IMG/VR virus record: IMGVR_UViG_3300042475_004015
Coordinates: 1-62,625 of that record
Origin: a virus
Lineage: Duplodnaviria > Caudoviricetes
Length of the DNA stretch: 62,625 nt
Strand: one strand, 5' to 3'
In this document: in pieces, positions 28,269-39,458 of the stretch
Position numbering within the stretch: position 1 is the first letter of the stretch
Layout: every line of letters starts with the position of its first letter
Position numbers and translations under genes: made by a program
The notes under the pieces: generated by a model
The model's input: only the letters and a program-made list of their open reading frames with translations
Databases searched by the model: none
Told to the model about the DNA's origin: nothing

Positions 28269-28542
28269 AGTTTCTGTTAAGTTAGTATTTGAGACCGATA
28301 ATGGTGAGACGTCTTACCGGGTGCAAGTGTGGTCTATTATCAGGCCAAAGCTTTCCGCTTATTCCGATATTAGCATAAATGAAAAAAACCTACCATACAA
28401 GATCATGAGCATGGCTGGTATGATCGCTGAAAACTTTTGTATGAAATATAGGGATACACTTGACCCAGATGCTGTCGCTAGAGCCGCTTATGAGGCCTAT
28501 GTAGACTTACAGCTAGACTTGCGTAAACAAGGGATTGCATGA
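28258..28542 (+). CDS. Hypothetical protein
   Basis: Overlaps both terminase genes. Confidence 0.6.
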   Translation: MKTKVSVKLVFETDNGETSYRVQVWSIIRPKLSAYSDISINEKNLPYKIMSMAGMIAENFCMKYRDTLDPDAVARAAYEAYVDLQLDLRKQGIA

Positions 28543-30080
28543 AGTTAGAGTGGAGAGAAGGTAAAGAAGGCGATGGGAAACCGGCGTATTACGCTGTTAT
28601 GGTTCATGAAGACGGTCGTGAGACCGATGTAGTTTGGGCACCACAGAAGGGTTCTCAGGAGGCTTTTTTATCCTGTCCCTTAAGCGAATGCCTGTACGAG
28701 GGTACACGAGGTCCAGGCAAAACTGATGGACTGATAATGGACTTTGCTCAGCACTGTGGCCCTAAAGTACAGCCTACAGATAAGAAAGGCTATGGGCCTG
28801 AGTGGCGAGGTATCCTATTCCGTAGGACGTACCCTGAGCTACAGGATGTTATTGACAAGTCTAAAAGATGGCTGCCTCGTATATTTCCTGGTGTTAGATA
28901 CAACGAGGCTAAAAACTTTTGGGAGTGGCGTACTGGTGAAAAATTGTTCTTTAGACAGTTTGACAAGCAGTCCGACTATTGGTCGTACCATGGTCACGCT
29001 TATCCATGGATTGCTTGGGAAGAGTTAACCACTTGGCCAGATGATAAGTGTTATAAGAGCATGTTCTCTTGTGCTCGTTCTACGGTGCCCGGTATACCAA
29101 TTAAGATTAGGGCTACCACTAACCCTTATGGTGTAGGCCATAACTGGGTTAAAAGAAGATTTAAATTGCCAATAGCTAAAGGTAAAATTATTGGACCTAT
29201 TATTGAAAACGCTAAAGATATTAATGGTGATATTGATCCGCCAAGAGTTGCTATTAGAGGTCATATTAGTGAAAACCTTATCTTGTTAAAAGCTGACCCA
29301 AGCTATGTTCAACGTATTAGAACAGCTGCTCGTAACAAGAGTGAGATGTTGGCGTGGCTTGACGGTAGTTGGGATATTGTCGCTGGCGGTATGTTTGATG
29401 ATATATGGAACACAGAGATTCATGTAGTACCTGACCTACCCTTTGAACTTATACCCAATGGGTGGACTATCGACAGGTCCTACGACCATGGCTCGTCTAG
29501 GCCATTCTCTGTAGGGTGGTGGGCAGAAAGTAACGGCGAGCCTGTGACCTATAAAGGCCATAAATATGGCACAGTAAGGGGTGACCTATATAGGATAGCC
29601 GAGTACTATGGCTGTAGGGCTAATAGTCCGAATGAAGGTTTAAGACTAAGTGGTACTGAGATTGCTAAAGAGATAGTAAAAAGAGAAAAACAATGGGGTA
29701 TATGGGGTCGTGTGAAAGCCGGTCCTGCAGATACTGGTATTTTTGATGAGTATGAGAAACAAAAAACTATCTCTGGTGATATGGCAAAACTTAAGGTTTA
29801 TTGGCTTAAAGCTGATAAGGGCCCTAACAGTAGGGTTCAAGGTTGGGAACAAATAAGGAAGATGTTAAAAGGCTCTAAACCTAAAAAAGGTACACCAAGA
29901 GAAGACCCTGGCTTGTTTATCATGGAACGGTGCGAAGATTGCAGGTTGTTATTTCCAGTTCTCCCGCGAGATGATAAAGTACTTGACGATGTAGACACTA
30001 ACTCTGAAGATCATATTGGAGACGATATACGATACAGGATTAGGGTTAAAAGAAAAACTATGTACAGAGGTAGTTTCTAA
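28539..30080 (+). CDS. terL: Terminase large subunit
   Basis: EGTRGPGKT, WEELT, ATTNPYGVGH, DHGSSRPF, EDHIGD. Confidence 0.95.
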   Translation: MKLEWREGKEGDGKPAYYAVMVHEDGRETDVVWAPQKGSQEAFLSCPLSECLYEGTRGPGKTDGLIMDFAQHCGPKVQPTDKKGYGPEWRGILFRRTYPELQDVIDKSKRWLPRIFPGVRYNEAKNFWEWRTGEKLFFRQFDKQSDYWSYHGHAYPWIAWEELTTWPDDKCYKSMFSCARSTVPGIPIKIRATTNPYGVGHNWVKRRFKLPIAKGKIIGPIIENAKDINGDIDPPRVAIRGHISENLILLKADPSYVQRIRTAARNKSEMLAWLDGSWDIVAGGMFDDIWNTEIHVVPDLPFELIPNGWTIDRSYDHGSSRPFSVGWWAESNGEPVTYKGHKYGTVRGDLYRIAEYYGCRANSPNEGLRLSGTEIAKEIVKREKQWGIWGRVKAGPADTGIFDEYEKQKTISGDMAKLKVYWLKADKGPNSRVQGWEQIRKMLKGSKPKKGTPREDPGLFIMERCEDCRLLFPVLPRDDKVLDDVDTNSEDHIGDDIRYRIRVKRKTMYRGSF

Positions 30081-31543
30081 TGGCTGAGTTACCAGACCCT
30101 TCAATACCCAGTAAGCAATACCTTGAGATGTTGCCTAAGTGGGATAAGATCAATACCTTAATAGAAGGTACTGAAGCTATGAGAGCTTCCGGCCCTAAGT
30201 ATCTACCAAAATACCCATTAGAGACCGATGAAGGTTATAATGCTAGACTAGAGTCTGCAGTACTATATAACTTTATTGAACTTACGCTTAACAGTATGAC
30301 TGGTAAGCCTTTTAGTGATTTAATAGACTTAAGTAAAGTATCAGAGGACCTAAAGCCCTACTTAGATAATGTCGACCTACAGGGTAACCACCTGTTAGTT
30401 TTTATAAGGGGCTGGCTAAAGGATTCATTAGCTAAGGGTTTTTCTCACTGCTATGTAGACTTCCCACGAGTAGATAAAGAAAATAGAACACTTGCTGATG
30501 ATCGTGAAGAAGGTGTAAGGCCTTACCTTGTAGCTATTAAACCTGAGGATATTATTTTTGGTCATTCAGACATAGAGAATGGCGAAGAGAAACTTAAGAT
30601 GATACGAATCCGGTCAGTGGAGACCACACTTGACGGATTCGATGTCAAGACTGTAGAGCAAATAAAGGTGATAACACCGGGTCTTGTGCAGATATACCAT
30701 GAGATAAAAGATGATAAAAATAAGAAACCCAGGTGGGAGAAAAAAGAAGAATATACTTATGATTTAGACTTTATACCACTAGTAACTTTCTACAGTGAGC
30801 GGACTGCCTTTATGTTAAGCAAGCCACCCTTGCTTGACCTTGCTGACCTTAACATCCGACACTGGCAATCTACAGCTGACCAACAGTCTATCTTGACTGT
30901 AACACGTTTTCCCATATTAGCTGGGAGTGGTGTTACTCCAGATGAAGCTAAATTAGCTATTGGACCAAAGACTTACCTTATCACAAGTGACCCACAGGGT
31001 AGATTTTATTATGTAGAGCATACGGGTAAAGCTATTGAGGCTGGTCGACAAGAGCTACTTGACCTTGAGGAACGTATGGCTAATTATAGTGCCGAGTTCC
31101 TAAAGAAACGGGTTGGCCGCACAAGTGCTACAGCTAAGGCTATTGATACCGCTGAGTCATTCTCAGTATTACAGGATATTACTTATCGGTTCGAGGATGC
31201 TGTAGCACAAGCATTATATTATATGGCTTTATGGATAAGTAAACAGGATGGTGGCACTGTACAGCTTAATAAGGACTTTGGTCCAGACGTTTCTGATAAA
31301 CAAGACTTGGATGCTATATTAGAAGCTCGTAAAAATGGGGATTTATCAAGAGAAAACTTTTTGAATCAGCTTAAGAGAAGAGGTATACTTGAGCAAGACT
31401 TTAGTATAGAGGAAAATGAAGAGGATCTTGAGGAAGAAGAGTCTATATCCTTAAAACCCATGAGCGGTAACCTTGACCCTAATAATCCAGAGAATGAAGA
31501 CCAAGAGGACGAAGACACTGTAGAAGAGCCTGGTGACGACTAA
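30080..31543 (+). CDS. Portal protein (DUF4055-type)
   Basis: YLPKYPLE..EGY.ARL, KPPLLDLA.LN..HWQ; position after TerL. Confidence 0.9.
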   Translation: MAELPDPSIPSKQYLEMLPKWDKINTLIEGTEAMRASGPKYLPKYPLETDEGYNARLESAVLYNFIELTLNSMTGKPFSDLIDLSKVSEDLKPYLDNVDLQGNHLLVFIRGWLKDSLAKGFSHCYVDFPRVDKENRTLADDREEGVRPYLVAIKPEDIIFGHSDIENGEEKLKMIRIRSVETTLDGFDVKTVEQIKVITPGLVQIYHEIKDDKNKKPRWEKKEEYTYDLDFIPLVTFYSERTAFMLSKPPLLDLADLNIRHWQSTADQQSILTVTRFPILAGSGVTPDEAKLAIGPKTYLITSDPQGRFYYVEHTGKAIEAGRQELLDLEERMANYSAEFLKKRVGRTSATAKAIDTAESFSVLQDITYRFEDAVAQALYYMALWISKQDGGTVQLNKDFGPDVSDKQDLDAILEARKNGDLSRENFLNQLKRRGILEQDFSIEENEEDLEEEESISLKPMSGNLDPNNPENEDQEDEDTVEEPGDD

Positions 31544-32760
31544 TGGTTAAAAAAACCAAGAGCCAAGCCTATTTTGATGCTAGCCTTTTACACCAGATAG
31601 CTGTTCGTAGATTTACCTCTATGCAGGTAAAGGAGCTTTTACTTATAGTAGAAAAAGCTGACATTGAGCTATCTAAAGAATTAAGGGCTAAACTACCTGG
31701 TATAAAAAACTATCAATCAAAAAGATTAGAGGCTTTGTTAGCCGATCTTAAGATAGCTAGGCAAGAATTGATGAAGTCGCTGTCTAAAAATATAAGGGCT
31801 ACAGTAGCTGATTTTATTAAATCTGAAGCACAGTTCGAGAATCAGGCTATAGATTTAGCACTTGATGTAGCATTAGTTTCTACTAGTGTTCCGCTTAGTG
31901 TATTAAAAGAAGTAGTATTCAGTAAACCTTTTTCCATAAGTCAAACGGGTGCTCAAACTATCCGTGGTTGGCTAGATCAAATGGAAGCAACCGATATAGA
32001 GAATATCAACAATGCCTTACAGCTTGGCATTATAAATGGCGAATCTGTTAAAACTATCGTCTCCCGCATTGTAGGTACTAAGGATAATGATTATAGCGAC
32101 GGTGTTCTTGGCACCACAAGACGTAACTTGGATGCTATCATTAGAACTGCTATTAATCATGCAAGTAACTCTGCTAGGGAAGAAATCTGGAAGGGTAATG
32201 AAGATATTATCGATGGTCTTCGGTGGACATCCACACTAGACGGCAGGACATCAGCTATCTGTAGGTCAAGGGATGGACTTATAGCACCTGTAGGTAATAA
32301 GAATATACCAGTGGGTTTTAAAAAGCTTAACCCAGTTGATGCTAGGCCGCCCGCCCACCCAAGGTGTCGCTCTATAATGGTTGCTGTATTTGATGGTATT
32401 GGCGTTATTGGTAAAAGACCTTTTGTTTCAGATGCTAGGACTCGTGAAAAAAGAGAAATAGACTTTGAGTCTGAAGCTAAAGCAGCTGGCTTATCATTAA
32501 GAGAGTATAAAAAATTATGGGCTAGCAAGAATGTGGGACAGGTTGAGGCAGCCCTCACTTATGAAGACTGGCTTAAAGGTCAGAGCAATGGTTTTAAAGA
32601 AGAGGTATTAGGTAAGACTAAAGCTAAGCTTTTTAATACTGGTAAGATTAGATTAACTGAGTTTGTGGATATTAAAGGTAAGGAAATAACACTAGAGCAA
32701 TTAGCTAAAAGCCATAGCAGGATTTTTGAATTAGCTGGATTAAATCCAAAAAGCTATTGA
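31543..32760 (+). CDS. Minor head protein (SPP1 gp7 / Mu F)
   Basis: STLDGRTSAICRSRDG, PPAHPRCRS. Confidence 0.9.
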   Translation: MVKKTKSQAYFDASLLHQIAVRRFTSMQVKELLLIVEKADIELSKELRAKLPGIKNYQSKRLEALLADLKIARQELMKSLSKNIRATVADFIKSEAQFENQAIDLALDVALVSTSVPLSVLKEVVFSKPFSISQTGAQTIRGWLDQMEATDIENINNALQLGIINGESVKTIVSRIVGTKDNDYSDGVLGTTRRNLDAIIRTAINHASNSAREEIWKGNEDIIDGLRWTSTLDGRTSAICRSRDGLIAPVGNKNIPVGFKKLNPVDARPPAHPRCRSIMVAVFDGIGVIGKRPFVSDARTREKREIDFESEAKAAGLSLREYKKLWASKNVGQVEAALTYEDWLKGQSNGFKEEVLGKTKAKLFNTGKIRLTEFVDIKGKEITLEQLAKSHSRIFELAGLNPKSY

Positions 32761-32848
32761 GTAATAATTTGGCCTTTGTCATAATGGTTACGCTTGCTAG
32801 TGGGTGAACCATTAGTGGGTGATCCTTAAACAAGCAACGGAGACTAAA

Positions 32849-33610
32849 ATGAATTTCGACTTTGAAAAAAACATGGTAGTGGATACACTCGACGTAGTCC
32901 CTGACCAATTTAAACCGCTTTACGTCGAAAAAGAGGGTAAATACTCTATAGACAATACTGACCCAAGGACTAAGTCTGTAGTTGAGGCTATCCTTGGTTT
33001 TAATAAAGCTTTAAAAGCTTCTAGGGGTGAAGCTGATAACCTTCGTAAAAAATCAGTAGACTTATCATCATTAAGAGAGTTTGGTGATACGCCAGAGGCT
33101 ATTAAAGCTGCCTTTGATGCTAAACTTACTGAGCTATCTAAAAACCCTCAAGTGGATATCGACAAGATCAAGTTAGATATCTCAAAAGGTTTTCTAGCAG
33201 AAAAGGATGGTTTAGCCAAAAAAGCTGAAGCACTACAGAGTCAACTTTATAGCGTACTTGTAGAGAATACTGCGCTGTCCGCTATTAACGAATTAAAAGG
33301 TATACCAGAGTTGATTATGCCTTATGTTAAAAATCAGGTAAAAGCTTTAACTGAAGATGGTAAGTTTAAAGTAGTTGTAGTAGATGCTGATAACAACACC
33401 CGGTATAGTACCACAACTGGTGAGCCTATGACTGTTAAAGAATTTATTGTGGAGATGAAATCCACTGAAAGATTTGGCAGGTTGTTTGAAAGTGAATCCC
33501 GTAGTGGTGCAGGTATTAAACCCACCACCGGCAAAGCTAGCCCTAATACAACCCCATTAAATTCTGTAGATAAAATTGCTATGGGATTAAAAGCTGGTTT
33601 AAGACAATAA
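32849..33610 (+). CDS. Capsid scaffolding protein
   Basis: Helical, charged protein between gp7 and MCP; GGAG RBS. Confidence 0.75.
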   Translation: MNFDFEKNMVVDTLDVVPDQFKPLYVEKEGKYSIDNTDPRTKSVVEAILGFNKALKASRGEADNLRKKSVDLSSLREFGDTPEAIKAAFDAKLTELSKNPQVDIDKIKLDISKGFLAEKDGLAKKAEALQSQLYSVLVENTALSAINELKGIPELIMPYVKNQVKALTEDGKFKVVVVDADNNTRYSTTTGEPMTVKEFIVEMKSTERFGRLFESESRSGAGIKPTTGKASPNTTPLNSVDKIAMGLKAGLRQ

Positions 33611-33616
33611 ATACTA

Positions 33617-33676
33617 TTGACGTAGTAGGTAAGCGATGGTAAAGTGGGTGTGTGGTTAATCTACACACTCCACTTA
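33617..33676 (+). promoter_or_regulatory. Sigma70-like promoter and leader hairpin before MCP
   Basis: TTGACG-N17-TAAAGT with extended TG; AAGTGGGTGTGT...ACACACTCCACTT. Confidence 0.6.
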
Positions 33677-33751
33677 AAGTGATTTTTTGATGGGGTAAGG
33701 CCATCCAGGTGACCTGGCTCAAACTCAAAATCATTTTAATGGAGAAAAACG

Positions 33752-34720
33752 ATGCCTACAGTTACTCTTGCAGAGTCGGCAAAACTCACCCAAAACCTGC
33801 TAGTCCAGGGTGTTATTGAAAACGTCATCACCGTAAACCGGATGTTTGAAGTTCTACCTTTTATGGGTATTGAAGGAAACGCACTTAGTTATAACCGTGA
33901 GAACGCACTTGGACATGTTGCTACTACTGGTGTTGGTGATGCTGATGGTACTATTGGTGCCGGTGCTACTGGTACTAACTCGGCTGAGCGGTTGTTAGCT
34001 AAGGATGCAGCTACGTTTACTAACATTACGGCTTCTCTAACCACTATTGTTGGTGATGCTGAGGTTAACGGTTTAATCCAGGCTACCCGTGGTAACTCTG
34101 GTAACGATCAGGCTGCTGTTCAGATTGCTTCTAAAGCAAAATCTGCTGGACGTAAATACCAACAGATGTTAGTTACTGGTGATGGTACTTTGTTTACCTT
34201 CCCAGGGTTACTATCCTTGGTTGTAGCTGGTCAACAGGTTGCTACTGGTGCTAACGGCGGTGCTTTATCCTATGCGTTCTTGGATGAATTGCTTGACCTG
34301 GTTGTAGATAAAGATGGCCAAGTTGACTACATCACTATGCACGCCCGTACCATCCGTTCATACAAAGCCTTGTTAAGAACCGCTGGTGGTGCCATGATTA
34401 ACGAAGTTGTTGAATTACCTTCTGGTAATTCAGTGATGGCTTACTCTGGTGTACCTATCTTTAGGAATGACTACTTACCTATTAACCAGGTTAAAGGTAC
34501 TGGATCAGCACAGACTACTATTGTCGCTGGTACTTTTGATGACGGGTCTATGACTCACGGTATTGCTGGTCTTACTGCTTCTAGTGAAGCCGGTATCCAT
34601 GTAGTTGATGTTGGTGAATCTCAGACTAAAGATGAGCACATCTGGCGTGTTAAATGGTACGCTGGGTTAGCCTTGTTTTCTGAAAAAGGTATTTCCTTTG
34701 CAAACGGTATCACTAACTAA
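33752..34720 (+). CDS. Major capsid protein
   Basis: TLAESAKL...GVIE...LPF.GIEGNAL.YNRE...RVKWY.GLALF, YuA/phiJL001-type. Confidence 0.92.
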   Translation: MPTVTLAESAKLTQNLLVQGVIENVITVNRMFEVLPFMGIEGNALSYNRENALGHVATTGVGDADGTIGAGATGTNSAERLLAKDAATFTNITASLTTIVGDAEVNGLIQATRGNSGNDQAAVQIASKAKSAGRKYQQMLVTGDGTLFTFPGLLSLVVAGQQVATGANGGALSYAFLDELLDLVVDKDGQVDYITMHARTIRSYKALLRTAGGAMINEVVELPSGNSVMAYSGVPIFRNDYLPINQVKGTGSAQTTIVAGTFDDGSMTHGIAGLTASSEAGIHVVDVGESQTKDEHIWRVKWYAGLALFSEKGISFANGITN

Positions 34721-34725
34721 TATAA

Positions 34726-34753
34726 TAGGGGTAACGATAAAAAGTTACCCCTA
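34726..34753 (+). terminator. Hairpin after MCP
   Basis: TAGGGGTAAC-gataaaaa-GTTACCCCTA; no clear U-tract. Confidence 0.5.
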
Positions 34754-34768
34754 ACCTATGAGGATGCT

Positions 34769-35400
34769 ATGTCTGAACCTATCACGCTTACCCTAGTACT
34801 AGTTGGGGCTCATGCCGGAAAAGATATTACACTTAACCATCGCGTATTCCGCAAAGGTGAGTGTGTCTTTTCTGGTCAACCCGAGCAAATTTGGGGTGCA
34901 GTAGCCTACTTAAGAAATTACTACGGTGCTTATATTAAAGATAGTGCCGAGCATCTAGCTGCACAAGAAGCTTATGATAGTTCTGTAGGTAAACCTGTAG
35001 TACCAGACTTAGAGAAACTTAAAAAAAAGCTAGCTTCACTAGACCACTCTGATGATCTTCAATGGACTAAAAATGGTAAGCCATCTTTAGCTTTTCTTGA
35101 AGAAGCTCTTAACTTTCCAGTTACTAAAGAGATGGTTGAGTCTGTTGGCCCTGTTATCAAAAGATCAATCTAACCATAAAGGAGAAAACAATGGGACCTA
35201 AAGGTAAATTGGATGTTGCGGCTTCGTTTATGTTTAATAAAAGTACTACTATGACTGGTACACCGGCCACTGCACAAGGCCCGGCTATTAGTATGGTAAA
35301 AGCTAGTCCTATGGACTCTAACATTTTTAAGGGTACTGGTCGTAAATTACCTATTAATAACTCTTATATTAAGTCCACCAGCTTATCCTACTCAAAATAA
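34769..35400 (+). CDS. Two head-region hypothetical proteins (34769-35173, 35191-35400)
   Basis: GAGGA and AGGAG RBS; hairpin at 35425-35457 follows. Confidence 0.65.
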
Positions 35401-35490
35401 GGTTGTTATTATAGGTAAATTAGTTAAAGGCTATTGCTTTAAAATCAGTAGCCTTTATTAAATATACCCATAATATCGCTGGTATAAGCT

Positions 35491-36026
35491 ATGGCTATAA
35501 CTTACTACACCGAAGAAGATGTTGAAGTTACTAAAGGCGATGACTGGGCCCCTGTATACGTTTATCTAGATGGCGATGGTCAAGCTGTAGATATTACCGG
35601 CTATACATTTAAACTTTCTATTAAAGAATCAAAGTCTAGTACAAGCACCATTATTGGACCTATTACAGGTACTATAATAAGTGCCCCCCAAGGAAAATTC
35701 TCCTTTTTAGTTACTTCTTCTCAAACCAATACCTTATTAGAAAGATCATACGTTTATGACATACAAGTTACTGATAACAATAACGTCATAACCACACGTA
35801 GAAAAGGGTTACTAACCATAAGCCATCAGGTGACCCCCTTATGATAATCCTTACTGAGCAAGATAGGGATTATATTAAACATGATAGTCAGCTAGTTATG
35901 TCTACTATAGTAGATCTTTATACTATAAAAAGGTTGAGTATTTTGGGTACAAAACCTATAATCCTTTTATTCGGTACCTGGGATTTCTCTAGTGAAGACA
36001 ATAGTGCTTTAATCTTAACTATTTAG
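35491..36026 (+). CDS. BppU-N-like beta protein (35491-35844) and small coupled ORF (35841-36026)
   Basis: KGDDW...VDITGYT...G.F.F...YVYDIQV motif. Confidence 0.6.
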
Positions 36027-36033
36027 TAGGTGC

Positions 36034-36663
36034 ATGATGGCATTTATAGTAGAAATTGGTCAACAAAGCCCATACTCCAACGCTTATGTTTCTACAGCCT
36101 TTGTGGACGATTATCAGTCGTCTAGGGGTAGGGTTGACTGGTCAAATGAGTTAACCTCAATAAAAGAGGCGGCCATTATTAGGGCTACTGATTATATTGA
36201 ACAAAGGTTTGGTAAAAGGTTTAGAGGTTATAAAAGGTCTAAAATACAGGCGCTTGAGTGGCCAAGGAATAATGCCTGGGATAATGATAATTGGTTTTTT
36301 ATGGGTGAGGATGAGATACCGCCCCAGCTTAAAAAAGCCTGCGCTGAGTATGCTCTTATAGCATTAAGGATAGGTGAACTATTGCCCAATCCGCCTTTAC
36401 CAGTCAATCAACAGGGTTTAACTGCTAACTCATCCCAAACTATACTACCTACTGGTGTAGTGGTTAATAAAAGGGAAAAGGTTGGACCGATAGAGGAAGA
36501 AACTAAGTATCAAAGTTCTGCTGAGTCTCAAAAGCTCAGCGGTATCTTACCTTCTAAGTCAAGCCTAGTTAACAGCTTTTTTATACCTGAGTACCCTATT
36601 GCCGATTTATGGATGGAAGAACTACTAACTAACCCATATAGTAGAACCTTTGAGAGAGCATAA
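36034..36663 (+). CDS. Head-tail adaptor (DnaT-like family)
   Basis: NAYVS, KEAAIIRATDYI, QALEWPR, IPPQLKKACAE, EKVGPIE. Confidence 0.85.
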   Translation: MMAFIVEIGQQSPYSNAYVSTAFVDDYQSSRGRVDWSNELTSIKEAAIIRATDYIEQRFGKRFRGYKRSKIQALEWPRNNAWDNDNWFFMGEDEIPPQLKKACAEYALIALRIGELLPNPPLPVNQQGLTANSSQTILPTGVVVNKREKVGPIEEETKYQSSAESQKLSGILPSKSSLVNSFFIPEYPIADLWMEELLTNPYSRTFERA

Positions 36664-37082
36664 TGGCTGACTACGCTAAGTTTAAAGCCCTTGCTAAAAG
36701 ACTAATAGAGTCTAATGGCCGGCCGATAACCTTACTTAAATCCGGGACCACAGCTGTAGATGTTACTAAGCCTTGGAGGGGTTCTACTAATCAAGCTACT
36801 AATTCTACTACGTCGTCTATAAGTACTATAGGGCTTTTTGTTCACCCATTCTTAGATAGTGACTTGTTATCCCTTGTATCTGCTATTAACGTACCCTATA
36901 ACGATACTAGTGATTCTGTAAGTGTACTTTTACATGCTGATTTATTGGACGGTACAGGTGAAGCCCGGGTAGAGCTTTTTGACCTTTTAAAAGATGGTAC
37001 TACTCTGTATAAAGTAAACAAAGTTAAGTTACTATCCCCTGGGAATATAAGAATAGCTTATGCGTTAGAGGTATCACAATGA
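36663..37082 (+). CDS. Head closure protein
   Basis: Position; A.RLI..NGR.ITL. Confidence 0.65.
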   Translation: MADYAKFKALAKRLIESNGRPITLLKSGTTAVDVTKPWRGSTNQATNSTTSSISTIGLFVHPFLDSDLLSLVSAINVPYNDTSDSVSVLLHADLLDGTGEARVELFDLLKDGTTLYKVNKVKLLSPGNIRIAYALEVSQ

Positions 37083-37516
37083 CCTCTATCACTACAGCAA
37101 GAAACGATATCCTAACACTTTTTTCTACTGCCTGGAATGCTGGGCCGCCTTCACAGGGTATTGCTGTCCTATACGATGATTCTATAGGTATAAAACCTAA
37201 ATCCGGTCAACCTCTATTACCCTGGGTCAGGGCTGTCGTAAGGCACCTAAGCGGTGGTCAAGCTAGCCTATCTAATTTTAATGGTGTTAGTAGGTATAGA
37301 AGGTCTGGTATTTTTACAGTTCAAGTTTTTACCCCTTATGGAGGTGGTTTAAGTTTGTCAGATTCCCTGGTTAGTGTTATTGTAAATGCGTTCGAAGGGA
37401 AAGCCTCAGCTAATGGGGTTTGGTTTAGACAAATAAGAGTTAATGAGATAGGTCAAGATGGTGTTTGGTATCAAACTAATGTCTTGATTAATTTTGAGTA
37501 CGATGAAGTAAAATAG
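37079..37516 (+). CDS. Tail terminator
   Basis: G.F.VQVFTP.G.G, WYQ.NV...FEYD; precedes the tail tube gene. Confidence 0.75.
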   Translation: MTSITTARNDILTLFSTAWNAGPPSQGIAVLYDDSIGIKPKSGQPLLPWVRAVVRHLSGGQASLSNFNGVSRYRRSGIFTVQVFTPYGGGLSLSDSLVSVIVNAFEGKASANGVWFRQIRVNEIGQDGVWYQTNVLINFEYDEVK

Positions 37517-37525
37517 GAGATAGTA

Positions 37526-39055
37526 ATGCCCCAGGTAAGTAAGATTGATAGCAATATCACCGGCCTAAGGTACGCAGAGGAGCTTACCCTAAAGGTTTTG
37601 CCAGGATCGCCTGTATGGATACCACTAGAGCCTAATAGCTATAGTGATTTCGGTGCAAACATCACCACTGTAGCAAGGAACCCTATTAACCCCTCTAGGC
37701 AAAAGAAAAAAGGTGTTGTAACTGACCTTGATGCCTCAGGGGGTTTTAACACAGACCTTACTTCTACTAACGTTCAAGAGCTATTTCAAGGCTTCCTGTT
37801 TGCAAACATGAGGAGAAAAGATGAATTAACTGTAGCCACTATTGATGGTGTAGGTGAAGCTTTCCAGCCTACCTCCGGTGGACTTGGCTACCGTGCTAAC
37901 GATCTTCTATTCGCTAAAAACTTTGTTGCTACTGCTAACAATGGTTTACACCTCGTAAGTGGTACACCCACGGCCACTAACATCGTTGTGACTACTAACC
38001 TTACAGCTGCCACCTCTCAGACTGGCACCATAAGCCGTGTAGGTTTTCAGTTTGCCTCAGGTGATGCTGTTATCACAAACAGCGGTTCTGCTTACCCTAC
38101 CCTAACTACTACTACTAAAGACTTGACACAGCTTGGGCTTATCCCTGGTGAATGGGTGTTTATTGGTGGGGATATTGCTGCCCAACAGTACAACACTGTA
38201 GCCAATAACGGGTTTGCTAGAGTTAGGTCTATTGCTACCAATACTATTGTTTTTGATAAAACTCAAAATACTATGGTAACAGATGCTGGTGCCGCTAAAA
38301 CCATTAGGATCTTCTTCGGAAGGGTTCTTAAGAATGAATCAGCAAGTAACCTTATTGTAAGAAGAAGTTACCAGCTCGAGAGAACTCTTGGTGCACCCGA
38401 TGACTCATTCACGTCTCAAATACAATCAGAGTATCTTGTAGGTTCTATCCCTAATGAACTTACTGTTAATATACCTACAGCGGAGAAGGTCACTGTTGAC
38501 TTATCCTTTGTAGCACTAGATAGTGAGTTAAGAACAGGTCCCACTGGTGTAAAATCTGGGACAAGGCCAGCGCTTGTGGAAAGCGATGCACTAAATACCT
38601 CTTCTGATATAAGCCGTATGTCTATGTCTGTAGTGTCACCTATTAATGGTAATCCTACTAACCTGTTTGCTTATTTAACTGAAGCGACTATCTCTATAAA
38701 CAATAATGTTTCACCAAATAAAGCAGTGGGTGTACTAGGTGCTTTTGATGCTACAGCTGGTACCTTTGAGGTTACTGGAAGTGTGACTGCCTACTTTGGT
38801 AATATAACAGCCATACAGGCTGTAAAGGATAACTCCGATGTTACTATTGACATACAGTTAGTAAAGTCTAATACTGGAATAACTATCGACTTACCCTTAC
38901 TAGCACTTGGTGATGGAAGAGTAAACATCGAGCAAGACCAACCTATTACGATACCATTATCATTGGATGCTGCTACTGGTGCTAAACTTAACAGCGCATT
39001 AGACCATACTTTAATGATGGTATTTTATGACTATTTACCAAACTTAGCAGGTTAA
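37526..39055 (+). CDS. Major tail tube protein
   Basis: IDSNITGLRYAEE, EPNSYSDFG, RNPINPSRQ.KKG; YuA-like; 509 aa. Confidence 0.88.
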   Translation: MPQVSKIDSNITGLRYAEELTLKVLPGSPVWIPLEPNSYSDFGANITTVARNPINPSRQKKKGVVTDLDASGGFNTDLTSTNVQELFQGFLFANMRRKDELTVATIDGVGEAFQPTSGGLGYRANDLLFAKNFVATANNGLHLVSGTPTATNIVVTTNLTAATSQTGTISRVGFQFASGDAVITNSGSAYPTLTTTTKDLTQLGLIPGEWVFIGGDIAAQQYNTVANNGFARVRSIATNTIVFDKTQNTMVTDAGAAKTIRIFFGRVLKNESASNLIVRRSYQLERTLGAPDDSFTSQIQSEYLVGSIPNELTVNIPTAEKVTVDLSFVALDSELRTGPTGVKSGTRPALVESDALNTSSDISRMSMSVVSPINGNPTNLFAYLTEATISINNNVSPNKAVGVLGAFDATAGTFEVTGSVTAYFGNITAIQAVKDNSDVTIDIQLVKSNTGITIDLPLLALGDGRVNIEQDQPITIPLSLDAATGAKLNSALDHTLMMVFYDYLPNLAG

Positions 39056-39056
39056 T

Positions 39057-39458
39057 ATGAGTATCTATTCCGCTTTTAAAACAGACAAACAACTAGAAGA
39101 AACTGGTATCTGGCTTAATTATGGCGATTTTAAAATCAAAATAGCTAGAGCAGGTGGTAGTAATAAGAGATTTGAGAACTCTTGTAAAAACAGGCTTAAA
39201 GGTTATGAAAGAGCCCTACAGATAGGTGCTTTAAGTAATGATAAAGCTAATGAACTAATGCAAGAGATTTACGCCGAATCTGTAATCCTTGATTGGGAGG
39301 GTGTTAAAGATGAAGAAGGGAATACGCTTGAATGCAATAAAGAAAATGTTCTTAAAGTACTTAAAGACTTACCTGAACTCTTTAAAGACCTTGAAGATAA
39401 CTCCAAAAAAATTGCTCTCTTTCGTCAAGACATTCTGGAAAAAGACCTAAAAAATTAA
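39057..39458 (+). CDS. Tail assembly chaperone (G)
   Basis: IARAGGSN, ILDWEGV; ends at A AAA AAT slippery site. Confidence 0.85.
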   Translation: MSIYSAFKTDKQLEETGIWLNYGDFKIKIARAGGSNKRFENSCKNRLKGYERALQIGALSNDKANELMQEIYAESVILDWEGVKDEEGNTLECNKENVLKVLKDLPELFKDLEDNSKKIALFRQDILEKDLKN